The translations under genes and the position numbers were made by a program. Below, in pieces: positions 18,107 through 27,274 of a stretch of DNA of 64,000 bases; positions within the stretch are counted from its first letter, which is position 1, and each line of letters begins with the position of its first letter. Below the pieces are notes generated by a model that did not search any database, had not been told where the DNA came from, and saw nothing but the letters and a program-made list of their open reading frames with translations. The DNA is from Candidatus Kapaibacterium sp. (GTDB taxonomy: Bacteria > Bacteroidota > Ignavibacteria > Kapaibacteriales > UBA4661). Location: the NCBI GenBank assembly GCA_025455065.1, contig JALONG010000004.1, forward strand, positions 17,570-81,569, read 5' to 3'.

Positions 18107-20269
18107 CTAATTCCCCGCCTCCTGTACTTCCAAGCGCACAGCGCGGTTGAAAAATCGCCCTTCGGGAAGCGTCGCATCGTTTTTCATAATCGAAATGAGG
18201 CGTTCTTGCGTTTCTTTGGAATACTGTAACCGTGCGTTATTCACACCCAATTTTTGCGTAAAAGCAAGCACCCGCGCCGTGTTTGAGACCGATTCCAGAG
18301 CAACGACTGTTTGCTGCGTGAAACGTGATTTAAGCGTTTGTAGTATTTGTTCCGTTTGTGCATCGTTGTCAATGTACCCCAGCGTGTAGGTGTTTATGCG
18401 CTTGTCAGGCGTTTTGTCGCGTTTTTTGTCGGCAAAACGGCGCACTTCCACCGGAATCGAAACAATCGGCGCATCTGCTTCGCGGTTGTCCACGTCCGTT
18501 GCTGCCAAGCGTATATCCATGCTTCCGGGCGAAAGCGGGATATTGCGCTGGTCTGCGTCTATGTTCCACACATACCGCTCAGGGTACGTGTTTGCGCCAA
18601 TGGCAGAGTGCAACGTCCGTTCTTCGCGCCCTTCAAAACTGATAATGTCCAGCGACCATTGTTTTAAGCCGGGTCCGGTTGCGATGTTGAGTCCGAATAC
18701 GACCGTCGGCGGATTGACAGTAAACTGCGTTACCGAAAGCGACACAGGAGCAAGGATTTCCGGCGTTGTCGAACTGAGTTCTACACGGCGATTTTCCGCA
18801 AGTGCTTCTTCACTTGTGAGGTTTGATGAGGCTTGCGAAGGTTTTTCCGGTAAGTCGCGCTTTTGAATCACGATGCGCTTTGCGGGAATTTTCCACACAT
18901 CTTGCAAATAATCGCTCACCGCTTGCGCTCGCTGCTCGGAAAGGCGCTGATTTCCTTGCTCTGCGGCAGTATTGCTGTTGCAGCCCGTGACAAACAATAC
19001 CGCAGCCGGATTCAATTCCATACGCTTTCCGACGATATTCAGCAGCGAATAATACATATCAATCGGCTTTTGGCGTTCAAACGATTCAACGCGGAAATTC
19101 AGACGCTCATTCGCGGTAAGGCGCTTGTAACGACCGGGCAGGACGGAAGAATTTTCATTAAAAAAGATGTACGGCAGCAGTTGAACGCTTTTCTCGCCGC
19201 TAAATTCCTCAACGCGCACAATAGGATTCAAAATCTCGGTTTTTCCGTCCGCCAAAATACCTTTCACATCGGCAAACTTCACCGAAATCCCCGACACCCG
19301 CAATTCACGGAGTTCCGCTTGAATTTTCCTGCGTTCTTGCGCAATTTCTTTTTCGAGCGTTTGCAATTTTTTCAGTTGATATGTCTCAGCATTAAAGCGG
19401 GCTGCACGGGCGGGATACCACCGAAGGGCGATATTTGCTTGCAGATTGTCAATTTGCCACGTGGCATTGCGGTCTTTTTCGGTGTACCAAATCGCAACGT
19501 CCGTCAAACCTCGCGCTACAAAGACTTCGGGCGCAATGGTGAGTGATTGTGCGGCGTTCATGGGAAGTTCGTAACCGATACCCGCCATAAGCGCAAGATT
19601 CAAATTCGCCACACCAAGTGCGCGAACAATCGGAATTTCTCCGAACCGTTCATTGCGTGTACGAAAAAGCCCTGATTCCAAGCCGTCTTCAAAGCGCCCG
19701 TAACTCGGCTCCAAAAGCCGCTCGACTTGATAATACTGTTTCCAAAAGATGAGATTTGCCCGCGCACCCAGAAAAATGTTGAGGTTTTGAATGGGCGAAA
19801 GCGTGAGAAACAGTTGCAATCCTGCCGATGCGATATTCGCATCCATAGTGCGCTGAAATTTTCCAATATCCGAAGCCCCGCTCATTGTGCCAACAGGTAC
19901 AAATTCAGGTGTTGCGCGTAGCTGGTGAAATTGCTGAATCACGTTTGCCCGTGCGTCCAGATGCAGCCAAGGCAGCAAGGGAAATTCCGCCATCAAACCC
20001 GCTGTACCGCCCAAACCATCGCCTTCGGTGAACGGCGTTTTGTTTCCGCTTAAATCGAACAACTCAAAAAAGTTCACCCGCGCCCGTGTGTATGCGCCAC
20101 CCACGTAAGCACCAAAGCGAAAATCCATGCGCTCGTCAGGCTGCGCCGTTGTTGTCGAATCGGGCATTTCTCTCCCCGAAGCTGTATAAACACTGCTCAC
20201 CGTCAAAAAAAGTGCGCAAAGCGGCATCAATACACGATGTGCGGTGCGTAAAAATGGTGCTTGGTACAT
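18107..20269 (-). CDS. Beta-barrel + OmpA-domain protein
   Basis: N-terminal amphipathic strands, coiled-coil linker, LSEQRAQAVSDYL...ENRRVEL, and a degenerate second OmpA-like tail (PEGRFFNRAV). Confidence 0.8.
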   Translation of the reverse strand: MYQAPFLRTAHRVLMPLCALFLTVSSVYTASGREMPDSTTTAQPDERMDFRFGAYVGGAYTRARVNFFELFDLSGNKTPFTEGDGLGGTAGLMAEFPLLPWLHLDARANVIQQFHQLRATPEFVPVGTMSGASDIGKFQRTMDANIASAGLQLFLTLSPIQNLNIFLGARANLIFWKQYYQVERLLEPSYGRFEDGLESGLFRTRNERFGEIPIVRALGVANLNLALMAGIGYELPMNAAQSLTIAPEVFVARGLTDVAIWYTEKDRNATWQIDNLQANIALRWYPARAARFNAETYQLKKLQTLEKEIAQERRKIQAELRELRVSGISVKFADVKGILADGKTEILNPIVRVEEFSGEKSVQLLPYIFFNENSSVLPGRYKRLTANERLNFRVESFERQKPIDMYYSLLNIVGKRMELNPAAVLFVTGCNSNTAAEQGNQRLSEQRAQAVSDYLQDVWKIPAKRIVIQKRDLPEKPSQASSNLTSEEALAENRRVELSSTTPEILAPVSLSVTQFTVNPPTVVFGLNIATGPGLKQWSLDIISFEGREERTLHSAIGANTYPERYVWNIDADQRNIPLSPGSMDIRLAATDVDNREADAPIVSIPVEVRRFADKKRDKTPDKRINTYTLGYIDNDAQTEQILQTLKSRFTQQTVVALESVSNTARVLAFTQKLGVNNARLQYSKETQERLISIMKNDATLPEGRFFNRAVRLEVQEAGN

Positions 20270-20359
20270 ACTATTTGTGAGAAACGGTGAAGAAGAGATT
20301 TGAGTATTGAGGCAATAATGCGCTTTGCAGCGTTAATGCGAATTAAATGTTCAGAATAT

Positions 20360-20483
20360 TTTGACACGGATTTAACAGATTACACGGACTACACGGAAGC
20401 AAAGAGTGTTTCAGAATAATATTCGTTATTGTCGGTCAAATACTCCAAAAAAATCCGTGTAATCTGTGTAACCCGTGTCTAAA
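20360..20483. repeat. Inverted-repeat element built from 9-mers (acacggatt-like), copy A
   Basis: gacacggatttaacagattacacgga ... tccgtgtaatctgtgtaacccgtgtc. Confidence 0.75.
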
Positions 20484-20516
20484 TTCGTTATCAGAGCGAA
20501 CCTTCAATTCGCATCG

Positions 20517-21749
20517 TTACTCAGGAAAGGAAATTTTCCCCATCGAAATTGTCGGAACACCTTCACGACCGCCAAATTTCGTGCGTCCGCCGACGAGTGT
20601 TTCATTGGCAAGAACGGCAAAAAGAACGGCTTCTTTCGCATCACCCGGGATGTTCAGTTCATCCGTTGTGCTGAAGCGCATGGTGGGCAGATATTCCTTG
20701 AGTGCAGCCACCAGCGCTGGGTTGTGCGCTCCGCCGCCGCTCATATAGACCGTAAAATTTTCCCCTTTCGGAAACGACCGCTTAATCGCATCGGTAACGG
20801 TTTCGGCGCTGAAACGCACAAGCGTCGCCATGACATCTTCCGCAGGCATGGCGCTTAAAAACACGCGGTGTTCCTGCGCAACTTGGTCTAAATACGCCAT
20901 ATTGAAGAGTTCCGGACCGGTTGTTTTCGGAAAAGGGGCATCAAAGAACGGGTGGTCTTTCAGCGCACGGAGCAGATGCTCGCTGAAGCGCCCCGCGAGA
21001 GCAATAGAGCCATTTGTGTCGAATGCCTTACCGTACATTCGCCGTGCGTAAGCATCCAACATCGTATTGCCCGGACCGGTATCAGTCGTAAAAACAGCGC
21101 TTGCATCCAACGAAGCGGGAAGATAGGTAAAATTTGCAATACCGCCAAGATTCAGCATAATGCGGTTTTCCGTGCGGGCGGAAAACATGAAATAATCCCC
21201 ATACACAGCCAATGGTGCGCCTTCGCCGCCTGCTGCGACGTGTTTTTGTCGAAAATCACTAAGCGTGATAATGCTGCTTGTTACCGCAACGTGGTCACCG
21301 TCACCGATTTGCAGCGTTCCATTCGGAAAACCGCCTTCAGGGAATGGATGCGGCTTGTGGAGCGACTTGGGAGCGTGCATAACCGTCTGCCCGTGCGAAG
21401 CGATACAATCAACCTCATCGGCTTCAATTCCCCATTCTTTCAGGCTATCTGCGACCATCTGCCCGTGAAGCCTACCAATCCAAGCGTTGAGCAATGTCAG
21501 ATATTGAAAATCTACCTGCTCTTTGGCAAACACCGCACGAATCGCGTTTTTTATCTCGTCAGAATACGAAACCGTTGTAAAGCGCTCCACCGCGACTTTC
21601 GTATCGCCGCCAGAGCCGGAAATACGGCACAATGCAATGTCCAAACCGTCCAGTGATGTACCGCTCATAAGCCCGATAATACGCCGTTCCTGCTTTTGTG
21701 CGCTTGCTAAGAGGGATTCGAGATTTGTGCTGAGTTCTGCTTTCATCAT
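20517..21749 (-). CDS. anmK: Anhydro-N-acetylmuramic acid kinase
   Basis: IGLMSGTSLDGLD, SHGQT, GGEGAPL, NLGGIAN, DTGPGN and KEAVLFA. Confidence 0.96.
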   Translation of the reverse strand: MMKAELSTNLESLLASAQKQERRIIGLMSGTSLDGLDIALCRISGSGGDTKVAVERFTTVSYSDEIKNAIRAVFAKEQVDFQYLTLLNAWIGRLHGQMVADSLKEWGIEADEVDCIASHGQTVMHAPKSLHKPHPFPEGGFPNGTLQIGDGDHVAVTSSIITLSDFRQKHVAAGGEGAPLAVYGDYFMFSARTENRIMLNLGGIANFTYLPASLDASAVFTTDTGPGNTMLDAYARRMYGKAFDTNGSIALAGRFSEHLLRALKDHPFFDAPFPKTTGPELFNMAYLDQVAQEHRVFLSAMPAEDVMATLVRFSAETVTDAIKRSFPKGENFTVYMSGGGAHNPALVAALKEYLPTMRFSTTDELNIPGDAKEAVLFAVLANETLVGGRTKFGGREGVPTISMGKISFPE

Positions 21750-21808
21750 GGTATCAAAATGTTGTATCAGAATTGTATCAGAATTGTATCAGGATTGTAT
21801 CAAGATGT
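21750..21808. repeat. 11-bp tandem repeat (ttgtatcagaa x4-5)
   Basis: Read directly; lies immediately upstream of anmK. Confidence 0.8.
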
Positions 21809-21809
21809 G

Positions 21810-22217
21810 TTATGGCATTGTGAACCGTTGAGCAAATTTCCATCCCGCAAACACCGCAGGAATGAAGGTGACAAGCCCCAAAACAATAAACCAGATGGCG
21901 TGTGGAAGCATGACAAAATTAACAATTGCGGCAGCCGTCAAAAGACCGCCAATGATTGCCGGAACAGTATTCGTGCGGGCTTTGGCGATGAATTGTGCAA
22001 TCGCTCCTGCTTCCAACGAACCCAAGAGCCAACCGCCCCAAACCAGCAAATATGCGGCTATCGGCTGTGAATCCATGTATGCTTTCATGGCTTCTTTGTT
22101 GGTCAATTCTAAATCTGCCGGAAACGGGAACAGTTGATGTCCCAAAGATTCCACAAGCAGAAATGTCGCGGAAGCGGCAATAAATCCTGCAATGACGGCT
22201 AATATGGTGCGTACCAT
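21810..22217 (-). CDS. Small membrane protein (about 4 TM), unknown function
   Basis: Hydrophobic helices; NFVMLPHAIWF motif; GGGAG SD. Confidence 0.75.
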   Translation of the reverse strand: MVRTILAVIAGFIAASATFLLVESLGHQLFPFPADLELTNKEAMKAYMDSQPIAAYLLVWGGWLLGSLEAGAIAQFIAKARTNTVPAIIGGLLTAAAIVNFVMLPHAIWFIVLGLVTFIPAVFAGWKFAQRFTMP

Positions 22218-22269
22218 AATCGTTCTCCCTGCTATAAGGAATGAGCAAAAAATAAGTGGACAATCTTCC

Positions 22270-22396
22270 GTAGCGCAGATATTCTTGTCTGTGTCCCCAA
22301 CGCCGATAGGCGTATTTATCGAAAGCAGCGTAAAGATTGGCTTAAAAGATTATTCGCTTCGCTCATTTTGGACACAGACAAGAATGTCTGTGCCAC
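22270..22396. repeat. 127-bp REP-doublet (REPIN-like) element, copy A
   Basis: GTAG/GTGG-footed palindromes in inverted orientation; near-identical arms at 30737-30863. Confidence 0.85.
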
Positions 22397-22471
22397 GAAG
22401 GAAAGTTTACCTACTTATTTTTCGTTCAATCCTAACGTGAATAAAAATTGCCTTAATGGATGATAGTGTTC

Positions 22472-24439
22472 TTATCGCTCAAGAAGATTTTTCACCGAAG
22501 GGCGCTTGGAAATACGCGGTTTTGTAGTTTTTTCTTTGCCTTCGGTGCTTGCTTTTGCGGAAGTTTTGCGTTTTGGTGCGGATTTGCCACCGTCCGCATC
22601 CTTTCTCGCACTTTTCGGTGAATGCGCCGAAGAGCGCCCTGTTCCTCGCTTTTCGGAGGATGGTTCGGAACGTTCTTTAGAACGTTCTTTGATGCGGGGT
22701 TTCGGGGCAGTGGTTTCTTTTTCGTAGCGTGTGTCTAAGCCGACAAGTTTTTCCAAAGCGCGAATTTCTGCCAGTGTCAAATGGCGATACTCCCCGCGTT
22801 CCAGCCCACGTGTCGTAATACTTGCATATTCGCGGCGGTCAAGTTTTTCGACTTCATAGCCCAAGGTCTCGAAAATACGCCGTACTTCGCGGTTTTTGCC
22901 TTCGGCGAGTTCCACCAGCACTGAACGCGGGTCATTGGGTTCAATGAGAACATTACACTCGCCGCTCACGTAGATTTCATCGTCTTCGCCTGTAATTTCA
23001 ACACCCGTTGAAATGCGCTTCCCGTCTGCTGCCGTAAGGCGTTTGTCGAGATATGCCATGTAAATTCTCGACACGCGGTAGCTGGGGTGCATGAGTCTGT
23101 GTGCCATGTCGCCGTCGTTAGTTAAAAGCAAAACGCCTGTGGTGTGGCGGTCTAAACGCCCGATAGGATAAACGCGGGAATGAATCGGAATCAAATCCAT
23201 CACGGTTTTACGCCCTTTTTCGTCGCTTGTGGTCGTGATGTAATCTTTCGGCTTATTCAGCACGATGTACGTGAGGTGTTTTTCCGCATTCACCGGCTCA
23301 CCCCGCACCGTTACTAGGTCGGAGAGGTGAACACGCGAACCGTGTTCGGTAACAACCTTCCCGTTTACCCGCACTAAACCTTGTTCAACAAGTTCATCTG
23401 CCTGACGGCGTGAGCAAATACCGCTATCGGCGAGGAATTTGTTCAAGCGAACGATAGCGGACGATTGACGCAAAGGCTGGAAAACAGTTTCTTTCCGTGC
23501 TTTTCCTGCACTTGCCGAAGCGCTTTTTGCGCCATATTTCGAGGCAGGTTTTTCGCTCGTAAAGCGCTTTTCTCTGGAAGGTTCTGATGCAAATTTTTTC
23601 TCACCGAACTTCTTTTCGCCGTAAGGTTTATCGCTGAATTTTTTATCGCCGAACTTCTTTTCGCCGTAAGGTTTATCGCTGAATTTTTTATCACCGAACT
23701 TCTTTTCGCCAGACTTTCTATCACCAAACTTCTTGTCGGAATACGGTTTCTTTTCTGAGTATGTTCTTTCGCTTGAACGCTCACCGGAGCGCTCTCCAAA
23801 ACGCTCACCGGAGCGGGAAGAAGTCTTGGAATATGGCTTCCGCTCTGATGTTCCGCTACGTGCCGATGATCCACTACGTTCACCGTAAGGGCGTTTTTCC
23901 GAACTTTTCCCAAACGGTCGTTTGGTATCATCAAAAGACTTTTTCCCAAACGAGCGTTTGGTATCTTCGGAACGGCTTTTGTCAAACGAGCGTTTGGGTG
24001 TAGTATCGCTGCGTTCCGATGAGATTCCATACCGTTTTGCGCCTTCTTCTCTACGAAAACTTGCGCTTTTGCGGGAGGGGCTTGATGACGACGAGCCGTA
24101 GCGTTTTGACGAAGCCGCACCGTAGCCTGAAGCACCTGATGACGACGATGTACGTGTGCGCGAAGAATCTCCGGAGCGAGAAGGTGTGCGGCTTTCGGAG
24201 CGTCCTTCAGAACGGCTTCCCGCACGGCTTTCCGAGCGACTTCCTGAGCGGCTTTCCGAGCGTCCGCCGGAACGATTTTCCGAGCGAGAATTAGATGTTG
24301 CCCCACCGAAATGGCTTGGTTTTGCCGATGAGCCGAATTTCCCTGATGAAGATTTCCCCGATGAAGAGCCGCCCGAAGGCTTACGTGATGACGTGCCTCC
24401 AGCGGAGCGTGAAGTGGTGGGGCGTTGTGGACGTGGCAT
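22472..24439 (-). CDS. rluB: rRNA pseudouridine synthase (RluB/RsuA family) with long basic low-complexity extensions
   Basis: S4 domain RLNKFLADSGICSRRQAD, LNKPKD, YPIGRLD, GVLLLTNDG and EGKNREVRR. Confidence 0.88.
   Translation of the reverse strand: MPRPQRPTTSRSAGGTSSRKPSGGSSSGKSSSGKFGSSAKPSHFGGATSNSRSENRSGGRSESRSGSRSESRAGSRSEGRSESRTPSRSGDSSRTRTSSSSGASGYGAASSKRYGSSSSSPSRKSASFRREEGAKRYGISSERSDTTPKRSFDKSRSEDTKRSFGKKSFDDTKRPFGKSSEKRPYGERSGSSARSGTSERKPYSKTSSRSGERFGERSGERSSERTYSEKKPYSDKKFGDRKSGEKKFGDKKFSDKPYGEKKFGDKKFSDKPYGEKKFGEKKFASEPSREKRFTSEKPASKYGAKSASASAGKARKETVFQPLRQSSAIVRLNKFLADSGICSRRQADELVEQGLVRVNGKVVTEHGSRVHLSDLVTVRGEPVNAEKHLTYIVLNKPKDYITTTSDEKGRKTVMDLIPIHSRVYPIGRLDRHTTGVLLLTNDGDMAHRLMHPSYRVSRIYMAYLDKRLTAADGKRISTGVEITGEDDEIYVSGECNVLIEPNDPRSVLVELAEGKNREVRRIFETLGYEVEKLDRREYASITTRGLERGEYRHLTLAEIRALEKLVGLDTRYEKETTAPKPRIKERSKERSEPSSEKRGTGRSSAHSPKSARKDADGGKSAPKRKTSAKASTEGKEKTTKPRISKRPSVKNLLER
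23604..23710. repeat. In-frame 45-bp tandem repeat (GEKKFGDKKFSDKPY), about 2.4 copies
   Basis: ccgaacttcttttcgcc... units at 23604, 23649 and 23694. Confidence 0.85.
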
Positions 24440-24502
24440 AGTTGCAGTGCTTTCTTAAAACGTAAAAAAAATTGTCATCTGAGTTTGAGGAAATGCAAAG
24501 TA

Positions 24503-25738
24503 TCAATAAAACAGATGCACTTGCAAATTCCAGCGCGTGGAAGTAAACCGCTCCGTGTCGTAAAAGCGCCATTCGGGGCGGAGTTCGAGGTACGGTAGCG
24601 GAAACCACTGTACGCCGACGGTCAGATTATTAGCGAAATTATTCGTCGGCGTTGTGCTGCCGTCCAGCACAGCCGAGCGCCCTTGCTCATAGCGCACGTA
24701 GGGATAGAGCCATGCGAAAGGGCGATAGGTGAGTTCAACCGTCCAATTTTGCAGCGTAAAGGCATTCGGCAGATTTGCCGTCATGTATTCCCCCATGAGT
24801 GAAAGCCTATCCGTCAAACCCGCACCAACAAAAGCGTTCAGCATACGAAAGTTGCCGTTATTCAGGATTGACGCGCCAAGATAACTGTTCAACACGTGGT
24901 CTTCGGTGCGAAGCCAGAATTTTACTCGCCCCGTGATTGTTGGTGATGAAAGAAGTTGATTCAACGGCGCATCGGGAGTGATGCCGTTAATGATGGAGTT
25001 AAATTCGCCATTCGCAAAAGGAACATTGATTGCCGAGATATTGCGCGGCAAAAATACACCCGCCGAAAGCGACAGCCACTGAAGCCCGTCGTATTGCAGT
25101 TCCGCGCCCCAATCCGCATACATCGGCGGCAGAAGCGGACGACTGAACGCGCCGGCAATTTGGCGAATGAGCATAGTGTGGTCATCGTACCGAACGCCGA
25201 CGGTCGGCTGAAAATGCCCCACACGCAAGAGTGGAAGCGTCAGTCCGGGCTGAATAAGCGCCGAAGCCGTCCAGCCGGATTGCCCGGAATACGAACCCCG
25301 CGCCGATTGCCACAGTGAAGCCGCATCGAAGCCGCCTTCCAGCGTGAGCCATTCTGCTCCGTTTAGTTTTAATGCGCCGTAGAGCGCAAGTTGCATCGGG
25401 AAAAATCGGCGTTGCGACAAGTCGGAAGCAGGTGAGCGCGTCATCTGTCCGCGCAAATCCATACCGATAGTTAATTGCCCGTCAATGTAGCTGTTCGATT
25501 CACCGTCCAGAGCGTATAAATCCTTGAGAAGCGGCACATCTTTTGTGTTAATCATGCTCGCATCTTTGGCTGCGTACCAGCCGAGTTCGTTGCGGATACC
25601 TCCCCCTTGTGCATTTACGTGACAAGTCAAACAGCGATTGCCGGTCATCAGGGAGAATTGCGGCAAAGCGCGTAGTGAAGAGCTTTGCAGAGTAAGTATC
25701 GTGCTACAAATCAGGAAAATTCGTAATGGTGATTTCAT
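24503..25738 (-). CDS. Putative monoheme cytochrome c-porin fusion (Cyc2-like)
   Basis: Signal peptide, then PQFSLMTGNRCLTCH, then amphipathic beta-strands ending in QVHLFY. Confidence 0.7.
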   Translation of the reverse strand: MKSPLRIFLICSTILTLQSSSLRALPQFSLMTGNRCLTCHVNAQGGGIRNELGWYAAKDASMINTKDVPLLKDLYALDGESNSYIDGQLTIGMDLRGQMTRSPASDLSQRRFFPMQLALYGALKLNGAEWLTLEGGFDAASLWQSARGSYSGQSGWTASALIQPGLTLPLLRVGHFQPTVGVRYDDHTMLIRQIAGAFSRPLLPPMYADWGAELQYDGLQWLSLSAGVFLPRNISAINVPFANGEFNSIINGITPDAPLNQLLSSPTITGRVKFWLRTEDHVLNSYLGASILNNGNFRMLNAFVGAGLTDRLSLMGEYMTANLPNAFTLQNWTVELTYRPFAWLYPYVRYEQGRSAVLDGSTTPTNNFANNLTVGVQWFPLPYLELRPEWRFYDTERFTSTRWNLQVHLFY

Positions 25739-25786
25739 GCTCAATCCTTAAAAATCAATCCTTGAAAAATGGTAACTATTTCGCTC

Positions 25787-25914
25787 TTCGACGCAGATTC
25801 TCAGGATTAAACTGATTGCGCTGTTTCTAAGCGATTTTGGGGAGAGTTTTCAAATTGTCATTTGTGTTTGAACAATCATAAAAATCTGTTGAATCATGAA
25901 AATCTGTGTCAAAA
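25787..25914. repeat. Inverted-repeat element built from 9-mers (nnnnnGATT), copy B
   Basis: acgcagatt ctcaggatt aaactgatt ... aatctgttg aatcatgaa aatctgtgt. Confidence 0.65.
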
Positions 25915-25990
25915 ATTTATGACCGAAACAGTGACGAAAAATGATGTTCAATGAGGCTATTTTTTTGCGAGGGTCTCGCTTTCGGCGTAA

Positions 25991-27163
25991 TTACAATCCG
26001 ATTGCCTGAAAAATAACAGTAAAAACGGCATCCAGCAAGATAATTAAGAAAATTCCGCTCACCACTGCCGATGTGGTGAAATGCCCGACGCTCTCAGCGC
26101 CGCCACGCACCTGAAAGCCGCGCATACAGCCGACCAACGCCACAACTGCTCCCAAAACAAGGCTTTTTATCAAACCACTCGAAAGGTGTGCGACGGTCAA
26201 AGCAACTTTCGTTTCGTTCAAATACCCGCTCACGCTGAGTTGCAAGGTTCCAACACCAATAAGCAAGCCGCCAAACATACCGGCAATGTCTGCAAACAGC
26301 ACCAAAAATGGCATGACGCACGTAACAGCCAACACACGCGGCATCACCAAAAAACGCATCGGGTTGAAGCCCATCGTTGTTAGTGCGTCGAGTTCTTCGG
26401 CAACTTGCATTGTGCCGATTTCCGCTGCAAAGGCAGCACCAGAGCGCCCTGCAACGATAATTGCCGTCATAAGCGGTGCTAATTCCCGTGCCAGCGAAAT
26501 TGCCACCATATCGGCAAGATAAATCTCCGCGCCAAACTGCGCAAGTTGCATCGCACCTTGATACCCGACAATAACGCCCATAAGAAAGCCCACAAGCGCC
26601 ACAATCGGCACTGCGCCTACGCCTGACTTGGTAATTTGCGTCGGGAACTCGCTCCACCGAATGCTGCGCGGCGCTCGAATGAGATACGTCACATTGATAA
26701 AGAACTCACCCAAAAACTCTATAAAAAATCGTGCATCTGCCCAGACTTGCAGCGTCGCCTCGCCGATGCTTTCCACGTAGCGGTGCCACGAGGTTTCTAC
26801 TTCCGCTTCCACAGGTTTTTTTGTGAGCGGCTTTTCCAGAAGCGCGATAAAATCACGCATTTGGTCGGTGAGGTTTTGTACATCCAGCGTTATTCCTCGC
26901 TCCTGACAAAAGCGCTTCACGGCTTGCAACCAAACAACCAAGTAGGAATCATATTCCGTCAATGCCCCAAAATCAAGCGTCAAACGGAGATGTTTCGCCG
27001 CTTCGACATCGGCAAAAAGCTGTTGCAATGCGGGTTCAAGCGTTTTTGCATGAAGCAGCGTAAAATGCTCTTCCGCAACACGACAATACGTGTAAGCGTT
27101 GAAGTGCTGGACATCAAGCACTGATGCGGTTTCAGAGGAACTATCGTTAGCGTTTGAACTCAT
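25991..27163 (-). CDS. mlaE: MlaE-family lipid ABC permease with N-terminal STAS-like domain
   Basis: RELAPLMTAIIVAGRSGAAFAAEIGTM, EELDAL, PRVLA and VGxxTTSAVV. Confidence 0.9.
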   Translation of the reverse strand: MSSNANDSSSETASVLDVQHFNAYTYCRVAEEHFTLLHAKTLEPALQQLFADVEAAKHLRLTLDFGALTEYDSYLVVWLQAVKRFCQERGITLDVQNLTDQMRDFIALLEKPLTKKPVEAEVETSWHRYVESIGEATLQVWADARFFIEFLGEFFINVTYLIRAPRSIRWSEFPTQITKSGVGAVPIVALVGFLMGVIVGYQGAMQLAQFGAEIYLADMVAISLARELAPLMTAIIVAGRSGAAFAAEIGTMQVAEELDALTTMGFNPMRFLVMPRVLAVTCVMPFLVLFADIAGMFGGLLIGVGTLQLSVSGYLNETKVALTVAHLSSGLIKSLVLGAVVALVGCMRGFQVRGGAESVGHFTTSAVVSGIFLIILLDAVFTVIFQAIGL

Positions 27164-27199
27164 GAGCTGCGAATGGTGCAATATCAAAATGGGCGTAAT

Positions 27200-27231
27200 A
27201 AAGCCCGTACTCTGGCGAAAATACGGGCTTT
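27200..27231 (-). terminator. Hairpin/terminator downstream of the Uma2 gene
   Basis: aaagcccgta / tacgggcttt stem. Confidence 0.55.
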
Positions 27232-27274
27232 TGGGGAAATAATCGTGAGAAAAATTGCCATAGCTGCGAATATA

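Noticed and set aside
23443-24306. 287-aa alternative-frame ORF within rluB
   Set aside because: A by-product of the repetitive, stop-poor low-complexity region.
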